Positions 1 to 13,930 of a stretch of 64,000 bases of DNA are shown piece by piece. The notes under the pieces were generated by a model that worked only from the letters and a program-made list of their open reading frames with translations, was not told where the DNA came from and did no database searches. This DNA is from Camelus ferus (Eukaryota), in the NCBI RefSeq assembly GCF_009834535.1, contig NC_045697.1, forward strand, positions 34,226,001 through 34,290,000, given 5' to 3'. The translations under genes were made by a program, and so were the position numbers. Within the stretch, counting starts at the first letter, position 1; each line of letters opens with the position of its first letter.

Positions 1-369
1 TTAACCCTGAGACATTGTTTCTACTACAGTGGAAATTAGTTCAGCCCTTAGGATATTCTGGCAAAAGAACTGCCTAGGAGATGTTTCCATTAAAAAAAAA
101 TGCTGCTGGGAAATAACCCCTTACCTGTTTGCAGTTGAACTAAACACATCAGATGACATCATTTCTTGTTTTAAAACCTCACAACGTAGAAATTTGGTCC
201 ATGGACTAAGCGTCATCAACACCCAGGCATGTATTAGAAATGCAGAATCTCAGGCCCCTCGTTAAAATTCCAATTAAAATCTTCATTTAACAATATCCCC
301 AGGTGACTTACAGGCATATTAAAAATTTCATAAAACTCCTTTAAAAGATTACTGAAAGATAATGGCTTT

Positions 370-760
370 TTAATAATATACTTTTTAGTTTAGAATAGTT
401 TTAGATTTACAGAAAAGTTACAAAGTTCTTTTTGAGAGTTCCAGAACACTCCCTTGCCCAGTTTCCCATCATTAACATCTTACATTAGTCTTAAGATACA
501 TTTGTCATAAGTAATAAACCAATGCTGATACATCATTAGTAACTGAAATCCATACTTTATTCAGATTTCCTTGGTTTTTACCTGATAGATTTCTTCTGTC
601 CCAGGATCCCATCCAGGAAACCACATAAAACTTAGTCATCATTTAGGTGCCTCTCGATTTGACAGTTTCTCAGACTTTCCCTTTTTTTGGATGACCTTAA
701 GAGTTCTAAGGAGCACTATTCAGGGATTTTATAGAATGTCCCTTAATTTGGATTTGCCTG
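370..760 (-). mobile_element. Old L1 (L1MC-like) 3' end fragment
   Basis: TTTTAGATTTACAGAAAAGTT..., CCAGGATCCCATCCAGG..., CAGTTTCTCAGACTTTCC resemble the recalled L1MC 3'UTR. Confidence 0.6.
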
Positions 761-2269
761 CAGAGTGTCTTTGTGATGCACAGTTGGTGAATCTGATGTA
801 CATGGTGGAAGCATTTAGTAGTTTCCAAGAACAAGGATATTAGAACCAGGCCTTCTGAATCTGATTCTCATATTCACTGCCTACAAGCTGTGTGACCCTG
901 GGCAGGTTACATAATTTCTCTGGGCCACGATGTAAGGATCAGTAATGGTGTCTACTTACTGGGTGGTTCAGAGGATGAGAGATGTTATGTAGAGGTACTT
1001 AGAGCATGGCATATAATAAACTCTTTTATAAGTATTAGCTGCTATTATTATTGTTGCCATAATTGTTGTCAAAATAAGAAATAGGCTTGTCTTTTGAGGA
1101 ACTCATGGTCCAATGTGGGAGATAGACATGAAAACATAAAAATACCTTTTTAAGTGTCATATGATTAAAGTCAGTGTTCTCTGCATGTTGTTTTGATTTT
1201 CAGGCAGTCAGTTTTAGAGGTGGACTTGCACTGATCAAGGTTTAGGGCTTGAAGGATATTGGACAAGAAATTCTTGGAGTGCTAGAAATGTACGAGGAAT
1301 TAGTCTAGAGTAAGAGGTTTTGTATCAGGGATATGTGGTTGATACAGTTGAAAGAGGCTCAGCTTGAGTGTGCTGTTTACAAGCAGGCAAAAGTTGAAAT
1401 GCTGGAAATGTTCGGGGGATTAGTCCATAGCAAAATGTTTGATGGAAGATATGCAGATGGAACAGTTGAAAGAAGTTTATCTGAGTGTCCTGTGCTGTTC
1501 ACCTTTGCTTTTGGCCTTTGGGAGAGCACATTTCCTGGGTGATAAATGTTTTGTTCCATCATCTCATGCTCATTCTTCTAGATATCAAATACATGTAAAT
1601 AATAGGCCATAAACAGCTTACTGGATATTTGAAGAGGAGAATGGAAGAGAAGGCAGATGAGGGATTAAGTAAGAAAGAGAAATAAGGTGGCTAATCTAGT
1701 ACCTAATGTAGTACCCACCTAAGACAGAGGAAAGATCACAGACTTCGGATGTTCCCTCTTAGGAGCTGGAAGGCAGGAATCCCTGTGCTATGCTGAGGCA
1801 CTCCTGGAAGTAAATGGAATCTACTTTAAGGGACTCACTAAGTATCTTCACGATCATTTGGATAGATTTTGTTTATCAGTACAATAATAAACCTTTCCTT
1901 CTCGTACCCAGTTTTTAAACTCTCTTTTTTCCCCACTGAAGTAAAGCTCTGGTAGCTTTGTTTTCTGAGTCACATTATAACTTTACTGGTCTGTTTACTT
2001 CTCCTGGCTCTCCACAAAGCGACTGAAAGTTGAGTTCCTCCATATTTTCTTGATTTCACTGTTACAGTTCTACTTATTAAGCAGGTTTGTCCTACAGTAA
2101 CAGCTGAGCTCGCTGGCCTTACACTAACCACACCGTTGCATGATGGCCGGTTTCCTTAATGATGGCCACGAGAAATGCCTGAAGCACAGCCTTCATGTTT
2201 ATATATGTTGTGTGTATTTTAATTATTTGTTTTAAAATGGTATCACATCATTGATAAATTTCTTTAGCT

Positions 2270-2487
2270 ACTTGAGGATTAATCAGCCTCAGCACTGTTG
2301 ACATTTTGGGCTGGAACACTTCTCTTGGGGGAGCTGGCCTGTGCATGACATGGTGTTTAGAAGCATCCTTGACCTTTGCACACTGCATGCGGGTAGCACT
2401 CCTCCCCCAGCTGTAACAACCAAAAGTGTCTACAGGCATTGCCAAACGTTTGCTGGGTGCAAATTCACCCCTTGTGGAGAATCACTC
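2270..2487. mobile_element. MER20-like hAT DNA transposon
   Basis: GCACTGTTGACATTTTGGGCTGG...ACAACCAAAAGTGTCT...CATTGCCAAA...GAGAATCACT. Confidence 0.75.
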
Positions 2488-3889
2488 GTATATACATATA
2501 TACAAGTAACTGCTAAGGTCGGATAATGTAGTGGATATACAAACTGACTTTGGATTCCTGAAAATCTAAATTCACATCCCAACTCTGCCCCCAACTAACT
2601 GTTTAACCACGGTCAGAGTACTTAATCTTTCTGGATCTTAGTCTCCTCGGCTGCAAAGTGGAAGCAGTGAGAGTTTCTACCTGATAGCATTATTTTTAAG
2701 ATGAAAACAAAATATGTAGGTATAATTAGATACAGTTGTTTATATAAGGGACTGATCACAGCCTTCACAGTCAGAGGCAACAGCCCTGGCCAGGTGGCCA
2801 AGGGTTATCAAAGTAAGGGAAATGTGAGAAAGGAAGGAAATAATAATAATAATAAATTAAAAATAAAGGACCTAGCAAGGTGCTTGATGAAAAAGAGGTA
2901 CTTAGTAAGTGTTAATTTCCTACCCCATAACTTTCCCTTGATGTTAGGGGTATTTTATTCATACGTCTATTAATACACTCACTCATTATTCATATAATAA
3001 ATATTTAAAGTACAAAACATAAACTCATTGAAATCAAGCAGGAGATATTAACCATGTGAAATAGTAAGGAATAATGCATCTTAACTTTTTTGGCTATATT
3101 TAGAAACAGTATAGCATGAAGACTCAGAATGTCGGCTGTGGAATTTAACAGAACTGGATCTAAAACTGTATCACTTTTGTGAGATGGGGAAAGTTGCTTA
3201 GTTTTGATTTCTTTATTTCTAAAATGGGGGTATTAATGATATCTACCTCATAGGATTGTGACAGAGATTAAATGAGACAAATACCTGGCACATAGTAACA
3301 TTCAGTAGCGCATGGATGCTCTGAAGTGGTATCAATGAGTGGTACAGGTGAGAGCCAGTACAGTTGCAGTGGTCTTCCTTGAGGAACTGGCATGGGAACT
3401 AACCCATTAAAGACGTTCAGGATTGATGCAAGTACAAAGGAAGAGAATGGGTATCTTAAGCAAAGGCACAGATGAGACTGGAGAACTTCACCATGTTTGA
3501 GGCACAATAAGTAGATTGGTTTTTGAAGCTGAAAAGTCATACAGGGATACAGTCTGTATATTTTAGGCAGAGACTATAATGGCACTCGTAGAACTGCAGA
3601 ATTGGAAAAGATATTGAAGTCATGGAGTCCACGTTGTTCATTCTGCCGCTGCGAAAACAGAGCCCCAGAGAAGGCAAGTGACTTGCTGAAATGCGTAACT
3701 CTTTGGAAGAGTTAGTTCCAGACCCCAGAACCTCATGTTGCCTCTTAGTCTCCTTGTCCTTAAAAAATACAGACACAAATTACTAAAATAAATAGGATAT
3801 GCAAATATTCTTTATTTTACAAATTAACTTGCTGAAAGCCATACTTTATTTAGTAGCTAGACCTGGACTGAGTACAGACAACTAGCAAT

Positions 3890-5830
3890 CCAACAAGCGC
3901 GTATTTTTTTGATTGTCTACAGTGTACTATAGACCCTGGCCATAGTGATAAACAAGGCCCAGGTTCTCACAGAGCTTCTGTTGGAGAAAATCATCACAAA
4001 GAAATTACTTTAAATCAAGAAAAATATTAAATAGTGAGAAGTGCTTAGCAGAGAATTTAAATGTGGTGATAAGATATAGAAAGATTAGATGGTCGAGCAA
4101 GTCTTCTCAAAGGTGGAATATCAGAGCCTAGATCTGAATGGCATGATCTTTAAATTCAGAGGAAAAAGCATTCCAGTCAAAGGCAGCAGCTAGTAGAGAG
4201 GCCCTAGGACTGAAATGAGCTTGACAATTTTCAGAATAAAGAAAGAAAGGCCAGTGAGGCTGGGATTTTAGTGGAAATGCAGAAAAGGAGGGGCAAGAAA
4301 GTTAGGTCAGTAGAGGCCAGATCGCTTTGAGTTCTATAAGCCAGGATAAGGAGTTCAGATTTTATTCTAAGAGAATTATGTAGCCACTGAAAAGTTGTGT
4401 GCAAGGAGTGGTCTGATCTGCTGTATCTTTTAGGAAGATCTCTCTAGCTACCATTTGAGGAGCGGATTGCAGAGGGAAAGGGAGACTAGTTATGAGGCTA
4501 TTGCTCTGGTCAAATTGAGAGATGATGGCTTGGATTAAGGTGATGGAGATGGAGAGAAGTTGAGATACTTGGGATATATTTGGCATGAATAATAGACAGT
4601 TACTAGTGATGCTTTAAAAATGGGGGTAGGGAAGAAAAGACAAATCAAGGAGAATCCTAGATTTTTTGGTATAAATAACTAGGTAGATATTTAGATGCCA
4701 TTTGCAAAGATGAGAAAGACCAAAGAAAAAGTAGGTTTGAAGGGTTGAGGGAGGAGAGGGAGCACCCTGCATTTACCGTATCAAATTTAAGATGTCCATT
4801 ATTTATTTATTCAACGAGTGTTTATTGAGTAGCTATCAACCATTGTTTTGGGCTCTAGGAATATTGTATTGACAAAAGACAAAACTCTCTGTACTTTTGG
4901 AGTTTATATTCTACTAGATGATTACGAAAAATAAAAAGATGTGTAGATGGTGGTGAGTGGTGGGATAGGATGTATAATAAATAGTGTGGTTAGATCTGGG
5001 AAGTCTTCACTGACAAAGGGATACGATAGGAGACTTGAAGGAGGTAGGAGAGTGAGCCGTGCAGGTATCTGCTCGAAGAGCCTCCCCGATATCCAACTGG
5101 AAGTGTCAAGCAGAGAGTTGGATATATGCGTCTAGATTCTAATGAGGGGTCAAAGTTGAAGGAACAGGTTTGGAGATCATGTGCACAGAGATGAAATTTC
5201 AAAGGTGAGACCAAATGACATCACCAAAGAAAAGGACGTAGCTTGGAAGGGAAGGAGCTCCTGCAGCAGTCCAATATTTGAGAGCTGAGGAGAAGAAGAG
5301 ACAGATAGAAAAACTAAGATGCAGTAGCACTCAAGTAGGAAGAAAAACAGGTATACGTAGTGTACAAGAAACCAGAAGGGGACATTTTAAGAAGAGAATG
5401 TTGGCTATTGCTAAGAGTTCGTCTAAGATACAAACAGAGGCACTCAGTGGTGTCAGTAACACAGAGCCCGTTGACAGCCTTGACAAGAGCAGTGTCAGTG
5501 CAGAGACGGGGACAGAAAGCATTGAGATCCATCGAGGAGGTATTGGTGTATGTGAGAGAGGGGAGAGTGGTGAGGGTGAAGCCCTTGAGAACGCTGGAGC
5601 CGGGACCCAGATCACAAGCAGAGGGTTTGACATTCGAAGCTTTATCCGTAGTAGTGGGAGGGACACAGAGTTTGGTACAGTGCAGATAGGCTGGTAGATT
5701 CGATAATGGAAAAAGAAGGGCGTTCCTCTCTGATTGCTTCTACTTTTCTCCGTAAGGTAAGTGCATTAACTGTGAGTATTGGAGGAGTTTGAAGGCCAAC
5801 TTTAAAAAGGGAGGAGATGGTGAGAAATAG
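3890..5830. mobile_element. Cluster of L2 fragments
   Basis: Purine-rich decayed L2 motifs such as GGAAGATCTCTCTAGCT, GATGGCTTGGATTAAGGTG, ATTTATTCAACGAGTGTTTATTGAG. Confidence 0.6.
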
Positions 5831-5902
5831 TAAATGCCTGATGTATTCAACTTTCAAGTGATCCTTCTCAGGTAGTGACCCAGGGTGATTTTTATCCCTC
5901 AG

Positions 5903-6141
5903 CCAGGAGGTTGGAGTCCTATCAGGAAGCTGTCTCTGAAGATGAAGATGCTGCAGGCCCTCCCAGTGGCTCCCTCGTCAGTATGGTGAAACCAAGGGCC
6001 CCCAGCTGCAGGACAGTTCATAATGGGCCTTTGGGAAGTAAATCCTCAAATCATCTCACTGGGAGCTGTTCTGCTTCAGGAAATGGAGAAGGAGCCAGTG
6101 AAGGGCCTCATTCCAGACAGGCTGCTTTCAGTAGCCCCATT
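5903..6141 (+). CDS. ATP10D: ATP10D internal coding exon (N-domain insert)
   Basis: tccctcAG|CC AGG AGG ... CCC ATT|GTAAGT; encodes ARRLESYQEAVSEDED...HSRQAAFSSPI, matching recalled ATP10D. Confidence 0.93.
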
Positions 6142-9100
6142 GTAAGTGTGAATGCGTGACTTGAATCTCGTATGTCCACGGTGAATAAGGAAGGAACAAC
6201 CTTCTGATTAGAATAGAGCCAAACACCGCTGTGTTTTCTAGCTGGGAAGAGACTGCATAATTGCAGGTCAGTGTGATTGCCACACATTCCAGCTTCCTAA
6301 TTCTGGAGAGAATTCAGTGTTGAGAAAGAGTATGTCACTTCTGAAAAAACATAATATTTCTGATCAGGATTGATCATGTGTGAGCCTGGAAAAGGCTGCC
6401 TTGGTTTGAGGATCATGGCTCCCTCTCAGAACCAGCAAACCTTACCAGAGGTATCTCATAGACAGGTAAGTATATCTGATTGATAGGGAAATTCAAAGGC
6501 CTTTTGGTATCCTCAAGGCCTTTTTTTTCTCTTTGTAATCTTCCCCCAAATCCCACCAAACCTGTGTCCTCTTCCCCATTCCTAGTCTTCAAAGGTCATT
6601 TTCTAATAGTTCCATATGAGAGCTCAACAGGGTGTGTTCTTGAGTCCCAAGGAGGAGAAGAGAGAGAGGGCCATGTAGGAGATGGGAAAGAGGAAAATAC
6701 TTGTGTGAAAGAATCAGAAGTCAAAGTTTGGCTGTACTTAAAGTTGCTTCTATAAAATTTCAGCTACCTCCCCTGCCTCTCCACATTTCATTAACTATTG
6801 TGTTTTGCCAAGATGAGGATTCCCCAGCCATGAGATTGATAACCAGTTGGTGACCTCTTGAAATGGGTGACATAACAAGAACAAATTAGCCTTGGGGAGC
6901 CTTTGTGTTTCTATATTGAATTTGTGTATGAATCTCCTAGTAGAGATGTGATCTCAGTAGACCCCGGGGATCTCATTTGTCCTGGAAAGGGCTTGAGAGG
7001 AATCTGGCTCTTTTCAAAGTTCCAACAGATGTGCAATTTCAGCAACTAGGACGATCATTTCACCACCAGTCATCCAGGGCTTTTCTTAGCTCAGGTGTCA
7101 CCTCCTTAGTAAACCTTACTGCTCACTAATCCAAAGTACATTCCATCCTCCCAACTCCTGTCTCACTCTAGAAGCATCTTACCTATTTGTTGATAGGTTA
7201 GTGTTTTGGATCTGCAGTCTCCCCCACCTAAAATACGAATTCCATATACCCAGGATCCCATCTGTTCTGTGCACCCCTCTCTCCTTGAGGAGTGCCTGAC
7301 GCCACAGATCAACAATAAATACTTATGGAATGAGTGAGTCAGTTACTCAATTAGCAGAAGACAGTGGCACAGTACTAGACACTGGATACAAAATGAATAA
7401 GACATGCCCCCATTCCTCAGCTTTGTTCTGGGTAGAGGATATATTAGTAAGTAAAGATAATCCTGCATTAAAGATGCAGTCATGCTAGTAATCCAGAGTA
7501 TGGTAAGGACACAGAAGCGAGTGATCAACTCTAAGTGATGAGGAGGGATGAAAAAAGGCTGCACAAAAGAGGTAAAGCTTGATTTATGATTAAACTAATG
7601 AGTAGGGGTTTACAGAAAAAGAAGGAAGAGCACTGGGGCAGACAGCATGTAGCGTGTGCACAGGCTTGGAACCGCAGGGCTGGGGAGGACGTCATGTAGA
7701 AGAGGAGCTGTCCATAGTGGATATTGGCCTTTGTCTTTTTCCTTCAGGTCTGTGGTATTTAGGAATCTGAGGAAGAAGACAGTTGTGTGTCTATATTTAA
7801 GTCAAAGTTGTCCAGATGGAGGCGTGAGTCCCTAAGACTGGAGTGAAGGTGGTGGTGGGAAATGAAATAAAAACAGGTGTACCTGTTCGGGGACAGGTAG
7901 AAGTAGGGGAGGAGCGGGGCGCAGTGTTAGAGCTCAGTCAGCTCGCTCTCTCACGCGCACAGTATCTTTGTCCCTTACTAAGCCTTGGGCGTTTTAGATT
8001 TTGCCTAAACAATTAAAGTGCGTCCTGATCACTCCAGTTTTAAAACAAACTTAATATTCATTATATAGTAAGGCGACCCAAAAGCTTTGTCTGACAGTCT
8101 GAGAGAGCAGAGAGGAGTCTTGGCCAGTGTTTGATTATTTAATTCTGATTTGTATTGGGGTAAAAAAAGAAAGAAAGGGGAGGGAGGATGACAGGGAGGA
8201 AGGAGAATGTGAAGTCTGCAGCCTGGTAGAAAGGGATAATATGAATGATGGTGGCAAACCTAAAATTTCAAATAGCTAGGTGTTACCTAAGATGAGGACA
8301 AAGATGCTGGACTCCCACCATGAAACAGATAAGGCTTAATTTAATTATGGGAAGTGGTCCACATTGTGCTCGGTATTCTGGTTAGGAGGATACATTTTCC
8401 CTGCATTAGGAAAAAAATAAAAATGTCTCTTTAAGGCCAAATGGGAGCGGTTTATGGATTTGTTTTCTAAAGAGTAACATTTTCTTAATGTTTCTCTGCC
8501 CCTTTCTTGATGGAGGATAAACCCAGCAAGTATTTGATGGTAACGTACAACAATAAGCTTGTCCATGTGCCAGGTACTGAGTTAGGGATCCAGAAACCTA
8601 TAAGATAAGGTCTTTCCTTTAAAGGAGCTACAGACTTTGGGGAGAGAAGTACATACACATGCGATCATCTAAAGCAGGATGGTGTGGGCCTGGGTCTTGG
8701 GGTAATAGGACTTCAGAGAAGGCAGAGCTATGCATCACAGGAAGAAAGAGCAAAAGTTGATTTTGTAATAAAAGGTCTCCATGAGGAAGATTTAGATCTT
8801 AGGAAAAACACCTGTGGTCTTACAGGTAAGAATTGCATGTGATAACTCTATACACTCTCCTCAATTCAGCAACGAAATATCTTAGTCACTAGGGATTAAC
8901 TTATTTTAGAGTCACCAACTAAAGGGGAGGAATGTTCTATCCCCACAGCCTCATTCTGATACGGATCTTTCCTTAAATCTTCTTCTGGGCTCTTCTTTTA
9001 TATATTATTTTATGATGCTTTTGGGGTCTTGTATGGTCCTGAGTTTCTCAGATTTCTTCTGACGATACTTCTTATAAGCACATTGTTGCTGACCAGAGCC

Positions 9101-10162
9101 CCAGCTTTGGTCAGCTCCAGTATCTCTTTTTCAATTCTCCTGGTCACACACAGGTTCATAAATTCTCCGAATGACATATTAGATTGACTCAGGTCCATAG
9201 CATTTTTCACAAAGACAGAAATTATAAATCTTTCATCAGTCTTAGATTGACTTCAAATTGCAGTAGGGTCCTCATGTCCTGAAGCCAGTTATTAGTCAAG
9301 GTGGAGATCATTGCTACAATGAAAACACTATTTGCTTCTGAGGTCTCCAACTACTAATCATGTTCCTGAGAATAAATGTCTCTGGAAAAAAAAAAAATTG
9401 GGAGAAGTCTGTGCATACTAGCTGCTTCTTGGAGATTTCCTGGTACCCATTAAATGCTCTTAGAGGTGCTGCAGTAAAGCGACCTGTTGAAACATTTCTT
9501 AAACATATTCCAGTATGGAACTCTTTGGGGTTTTGTTTGATATCTCTAAACGTTCTGAGAAGGATGCCTCTGGAAATGTTGCTCCAACTCATGGCGTCTC
9601 TCACTCACTAGATGACAGTATGATCACAGGTCTTCACCGACACCACGCAATAAGCTTCCCAAGCATCAAGCGAGAGAGAAGTGTTAGACTTTGCCACTTT
9701 CTTCTGCTGACTTTGGCAAGAAGATCCTTGAGGAAAGGGTGGTTCTCTGAGTAACTGAGGGCCAGCACAGGCATGGCACAGCGTTACTATGTGTGAGACT
9801 CGTGAGGAAATATTGTGACTCATTAATGAACGGCCATCACGTTACCAGTGCCTATGAACTCCATCAACCTCAACAAGACTCAAATTTTGCTAAGTCACAT
9901 ATCACAGAACAGTAGATGTTGATGTGTTTAGATAGAAATTTAAGAATGCTTCGTGACACCAGAAAACCGGGCCCTTTAGAACCTATTGTGAGCCTGGTAA
10001 CCTGTCTGAAGATGAGTGTGTCATTTGAGAAGGGAAAGGAACATTGCATCATGTGGGTTTCTGTTGTGCTGGTTGCATCTCACTCATTATCTCATGTACT
10101 TTAGCCATCTCACACTTTTAGGTGCTTGTTGTAACAACACTGTGTCTTGCTGGATTTTTCAG

Positions 10163-10351
10163 GAAACTGACGTGGTACCAGACACAAGGCTCTTGGACAA
10201 GTTTAGTCAGATCACACCCCAGCTTTTGGCCTCACTGGATGAGACCACCCCAGACCCACCCCTGGAGGCTCTGTACATCATCGACTTCTTTATTGCGTTG
10301 GCAATCTGCAACACAGTAGTGGTTTCTGCTCCTAACCAACCACGGCAGAAG
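10163..10351 (+). CDS. ATP10D: ATP10D coding exon
   Basis: tttttcAG|GAA ACT GAC ... CAG AAG|GTAAGG; ETDVVPDTRLLDKF...FFIALAICNTVVVSAPNQPRQK (P4-ATPase LAICNTV motif). Confidence 0.96.
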
Positions 10352-11660
10352 GTAAGGTCTCTAATGCAAACAGGGGTCACCTTCCAGAAGAGAACTTTGG
10401 GTATAAATATACTTGTTATGTGGTCTTGCTGTGTGGAATAATTAGTAATAGTAACAGGTGACATTTATGCGTTGCTTAATCTGTGCTCTGATCTTAATGA
10501 TGTTCTAAGTGATTTACAGGTATTAATATGTTTAATCCTCCCAGCAGCCCCATGAACTAGGTACCATTCCTCTGCTATCCCCCATTTTACAGCTGAGCTT
10601 CAGTGACTTGCCCAGGGTCACAGGATCAGTTTGTGGGGGAGGTGGGGTTGAACCCAGGAAGTCTGACTCAGTGCTGCCAGACTGTTTGGAAGGATAGCTG
10701 ATGAGAGCAGGTCTTGGGACATGTGACTCTGTTCATCTTGCTTTAGTTTCCTTACCAAACTGAAGCTTTCTCTGATCCTCCTGAGACCTCCAGCATATGT
10801 GCTACATCAAGCAAAATACAAAGTATTGGAGTCCTTATTAAGTTTGATGATCATGTACCTTTTCATGTACCCGTCGTGTTCATTTAAACTCAGTCCAGCA
10901 CATCTGTAATATACCAAGGTTCTGCAGTTCCCCGACAAGCTAGATTTTTAAAGTCTATTTTGTAGCTTAGAATTCATGGAAAATTCACTTTCAGTTAAAA
11001 AGAAAAACTTGTTGTAGAGACAGGTGATTCACTACTTGCTATGTTACCTACCTTGAGTGTGACCATCTCCCCTTTTGCACACATCCACTGAAAACTCAAT
11101 CTGCAGCACAGCCCAATTCAGTTTTAGTTATCCCTCAGATCATTTTCTTTTGGCAACTTCAGAGGTGGTCAGTTTTAACATAAAAATAATTTAATTCCCA
11201 TTAAGTTATCATTTGATCAGAAACTGTCTCTTTGTAAGATTTCGACTAGTAATTTTCTCTTTGAAAACTGATGATGCAGTTAGAGAATAAACCACTGGAT
11301 CTTCTTTCTCCTCACATAACACTTTTTCATATACGTCTGTTTCCAATGCAGACATCTTTTGATGTTTCTGCTTAAGAAATATTGTTGCCTTATCCTCAAA
11401 GAAGATAGTATTCTGTGGCCTGAAAGAAAATCTCTGTAGGCCTGTAAGAGCCTAGGCTTCATGCTACTTCAAGGTAATGATGGAAAGGCAGAGCATAAAG
11501 AGCGGATAGAATTCACGTGCAGTACAGAAAGCTCACCTGTGGTAGAGTTTCATTTTTCATTTCTGAGTTGCCAGTAAATTTGAAAATTGATCAGCATGAG
11601 TCCCTCGAACTGTCAAAACATTAATAATTATTAGGAGAACACTTTTTAATTCCTTGGTCG

Positions 11661-11758
11661 TTTTCTTTCTTTCTTTTTAATGGATGCACTGGGGATCGAA
11701 CCCAGGACCTCATACATGCTAAGCTTGCTCTCTACCACTGAGTTATTACCCACCCACC
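11661..11758 (-). mobile_element. tRNA-derived SINE, Vic-1-like
   Basis: On -: ...AACTCAGTGGTAGAGAGCAAGCTTAGCATGTATGAGGTCCTGGGTTCGATCCCCAGT with A-rich tail; A and B boxes visible; imperfect flanking repeat CCTTGG. Confidence 0.75.
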
Positions 11759-12591
11759 CCTTGGGCATTTCATGAGTGAGAAAATTTTAGAGTTCTATTA
11801 ATTGGTCTTTACAATTTGTATTAAGTTCTAAGTTTAATCACTGATAAAAATTAAGATCTAGAAGAAATCAGGCTATGAACAAGAAAAAATTCTCTAAAAA
11901 TAGAAATTTGAATTCATATTATGATTCTGATCATTCTTCCATAAGGTACTTTATTGGCCTATTTTTTTTAAGTCATATTAGCAACCATTTTAGAATCTGG
12001 AAAACAAAAGAAAATACATGTTAATTTTTTGATTTGCTATCTTTCAGTGTTTTAAATGTGCATTATTTATTTGTTCTTACACTATTCATACTGTTTTTAT
12101 AGCTTTTTCAATATTTGCCTGTAATCTTTATAAACTTTAGATACTATATAATATTTAAGAAGATGTTTCTAATTTGCTATTATTGAATACTTGCTTATAA
12201 TTTTTAAATAGTCATTGCTAGGATGCATACAATAAAGATGATTAATTTTCTATTTTTTAAGTTATTTCATTAGGAAAAATTGCTATAAGTATGCCCACTG
12301 CTAGCAATATTAGCCTTTTATGTCTTTTGCTGTCAGCGTCAGATTTCTTCCTAAATGGTTGTAGAAATTCACAATGCCATCCACATTAGCACATCTTTTT
12401 CATCATGGCTGTTTTAATTTTTATTAATGTCTTTGGTGGTTTAAGAAAGAAGCAGGCTGCTAGCTATTTAAGGGAGTGATCATTCTTCGCATCTCTTTTT
12501 TTTTTTCTTTTTTTTTTCGGTTTGACTTCAGAGTTGTTATCAACTGCTTTTGACTGTATTATTGAGACCTTCCCAAATGATCTTTCCCTAG

Positions 12592-13201
12592 ATCGGACTC
12601 TCTGCTCTGAGTGGAATGCCCATTAAGTCTCTAGAAGAGATTAAAAGCCTCTTCCAGAGACTGTCCGTCCGAAGGTCGAGTTCGCCATCTCTTGCCAGTG
12701 GGAAGGAGCCATCGTCGGGGGTCCCACACGCCTTTGTGAGCAGGCTCTCTCTCTTTAGCCGAATGAAACCCGCTTCACCTGTGGAGGAAGAAGTCTCCCG
12801 GACAGACCACAGCCCCCAGGGCTCTGGTACCTCAGCTCGTCCCGTCGAAACTGAGAAACGAAACAGCGACACGGATGTCACAGACAGCGGGGCGGAACCC
12901 CTGCCTGGACAGCCCTTGGCCTCCAGCCTGTGCTACGAGGCCGAGAGCCCGGATGAGGCGGCGCTGGTGTACGCGGCCCGGGCTTACCAGTGCACCCTGC
13001 GGTCCCGGTCTCCGGAGCAGGTCGTGCTGGACTTCGCTGCTTTGGGACCATTAACATTTCAGCTCCTCCACATCCTGCCCTTCGACTCAGTAAGAAAAAG
13101 GATGTCCGTTGTGGTCCGGCACCCGCTCTCTAGCCAGGTGGTGGTGTACACGAAGGGCGCGGACTCCGTGGTCATGCAGCTGCTGGCGGCGGCGGCCCCA
13201 G
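12592..13201 (+). CDS. ATP10D: ATP10D large coding exon (N domain)
   Basis: ccctAG|ATC GGA ... CCA G|GTGGGT; contains [24 protein letters not shown] and YTKGADS motifs. Confidence 0.96.
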
Positions 13202-13349
13202 GTGGGTCCCTGCGGGCAGAGACGGAGGGGCAGGAAGCCCTGGGGGAGGGGACGCCCACTCCCAGTGGTTTTCTAAAGGCAGACAAGCCGATGTGTGAGG
13301 ATCACTCACACTTGGTGCAGGCGGGGAAGCTGCCTAAGGTTTGGTGAGA

Positions 13350-13600
13350 AAGCACCGAAGTTCGGGCGTTGCGCAGACCGCGGTTCAAATCCGGATCCTG
13401 ACGTTAGCTATGACCTGATAGTCGCCGAACTGTTCCGTGCCCAAGCCCTCAGTGAGCGGGGATTAGCGTACCTCCTGTACAGGTTCCCGGGAGGTTGAAT
13501 GATAAACTATCTGCAGTAAAGGCAGCGCCCCTGCGCAGAGCCTGGAGAGCGGTACGTGCGCGGGGAATGGTAACCAGCATTCCCATAGTCATAACGACTG
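13350..13600 (+). mobile_element. MIR, unusually GC/CpG-rich
   Basis: Collinear with recalled MIR core: CAGACC..GGTTCAAATCC..., TGACCT, GTAAAG...GCCTGG. Confidence 0.55.
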
Positions 13601-13823
13601 TTCGTTACCGATGGTGTGGGAACAGTGTTTGTGTTGAGTCCTTGGCACCTTCCTCTCCCCAGGGAGAACGGAACAGGGAAGGATTCATTCTGAGGAGTCC
13701 CTTTTCTAAGTGGATTCAAAACTACAAGGCCTTTTGTTTGTTGCAGGTTAAGCGACCATTGTTTTTAAAGAGATGTCTGTACTCGGGCAGACTGGACCAC
13801 TTGTGTTTTGTTAATTATTTCAG

Positions 13824-13930
13824 ATGGACCAAGTCTGGAAAAACAGCAGGTGATGATAAGGGAGCAGACGCAGAAGCACTTGGATGGTTACGCCAAGCGG
13901 GGCCTGCGCACTCTGTGTATAGCAAAGAGG
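13824..13930 (+). CDS. ATP10D: ATP10D coding exon
   Basis: tttcAG|AT GGA ... AAG AGG|GTGAGC; DGPSLEKQQ...YAKRGLRTLCIAKR (GLRTL motif). Confidence 0.95.

Noticed and set aside
5278..5697. Several overlapping ORFs of over 100 aa
   Set aside because: Lie in decayed L2-like sequence, with no recognisable protein similarity or exon structure.
11690..11758. Possible functional tRNA gene
   Set aside because: Broken stems, A-rich tail and flanking repeat indicate a SINE.
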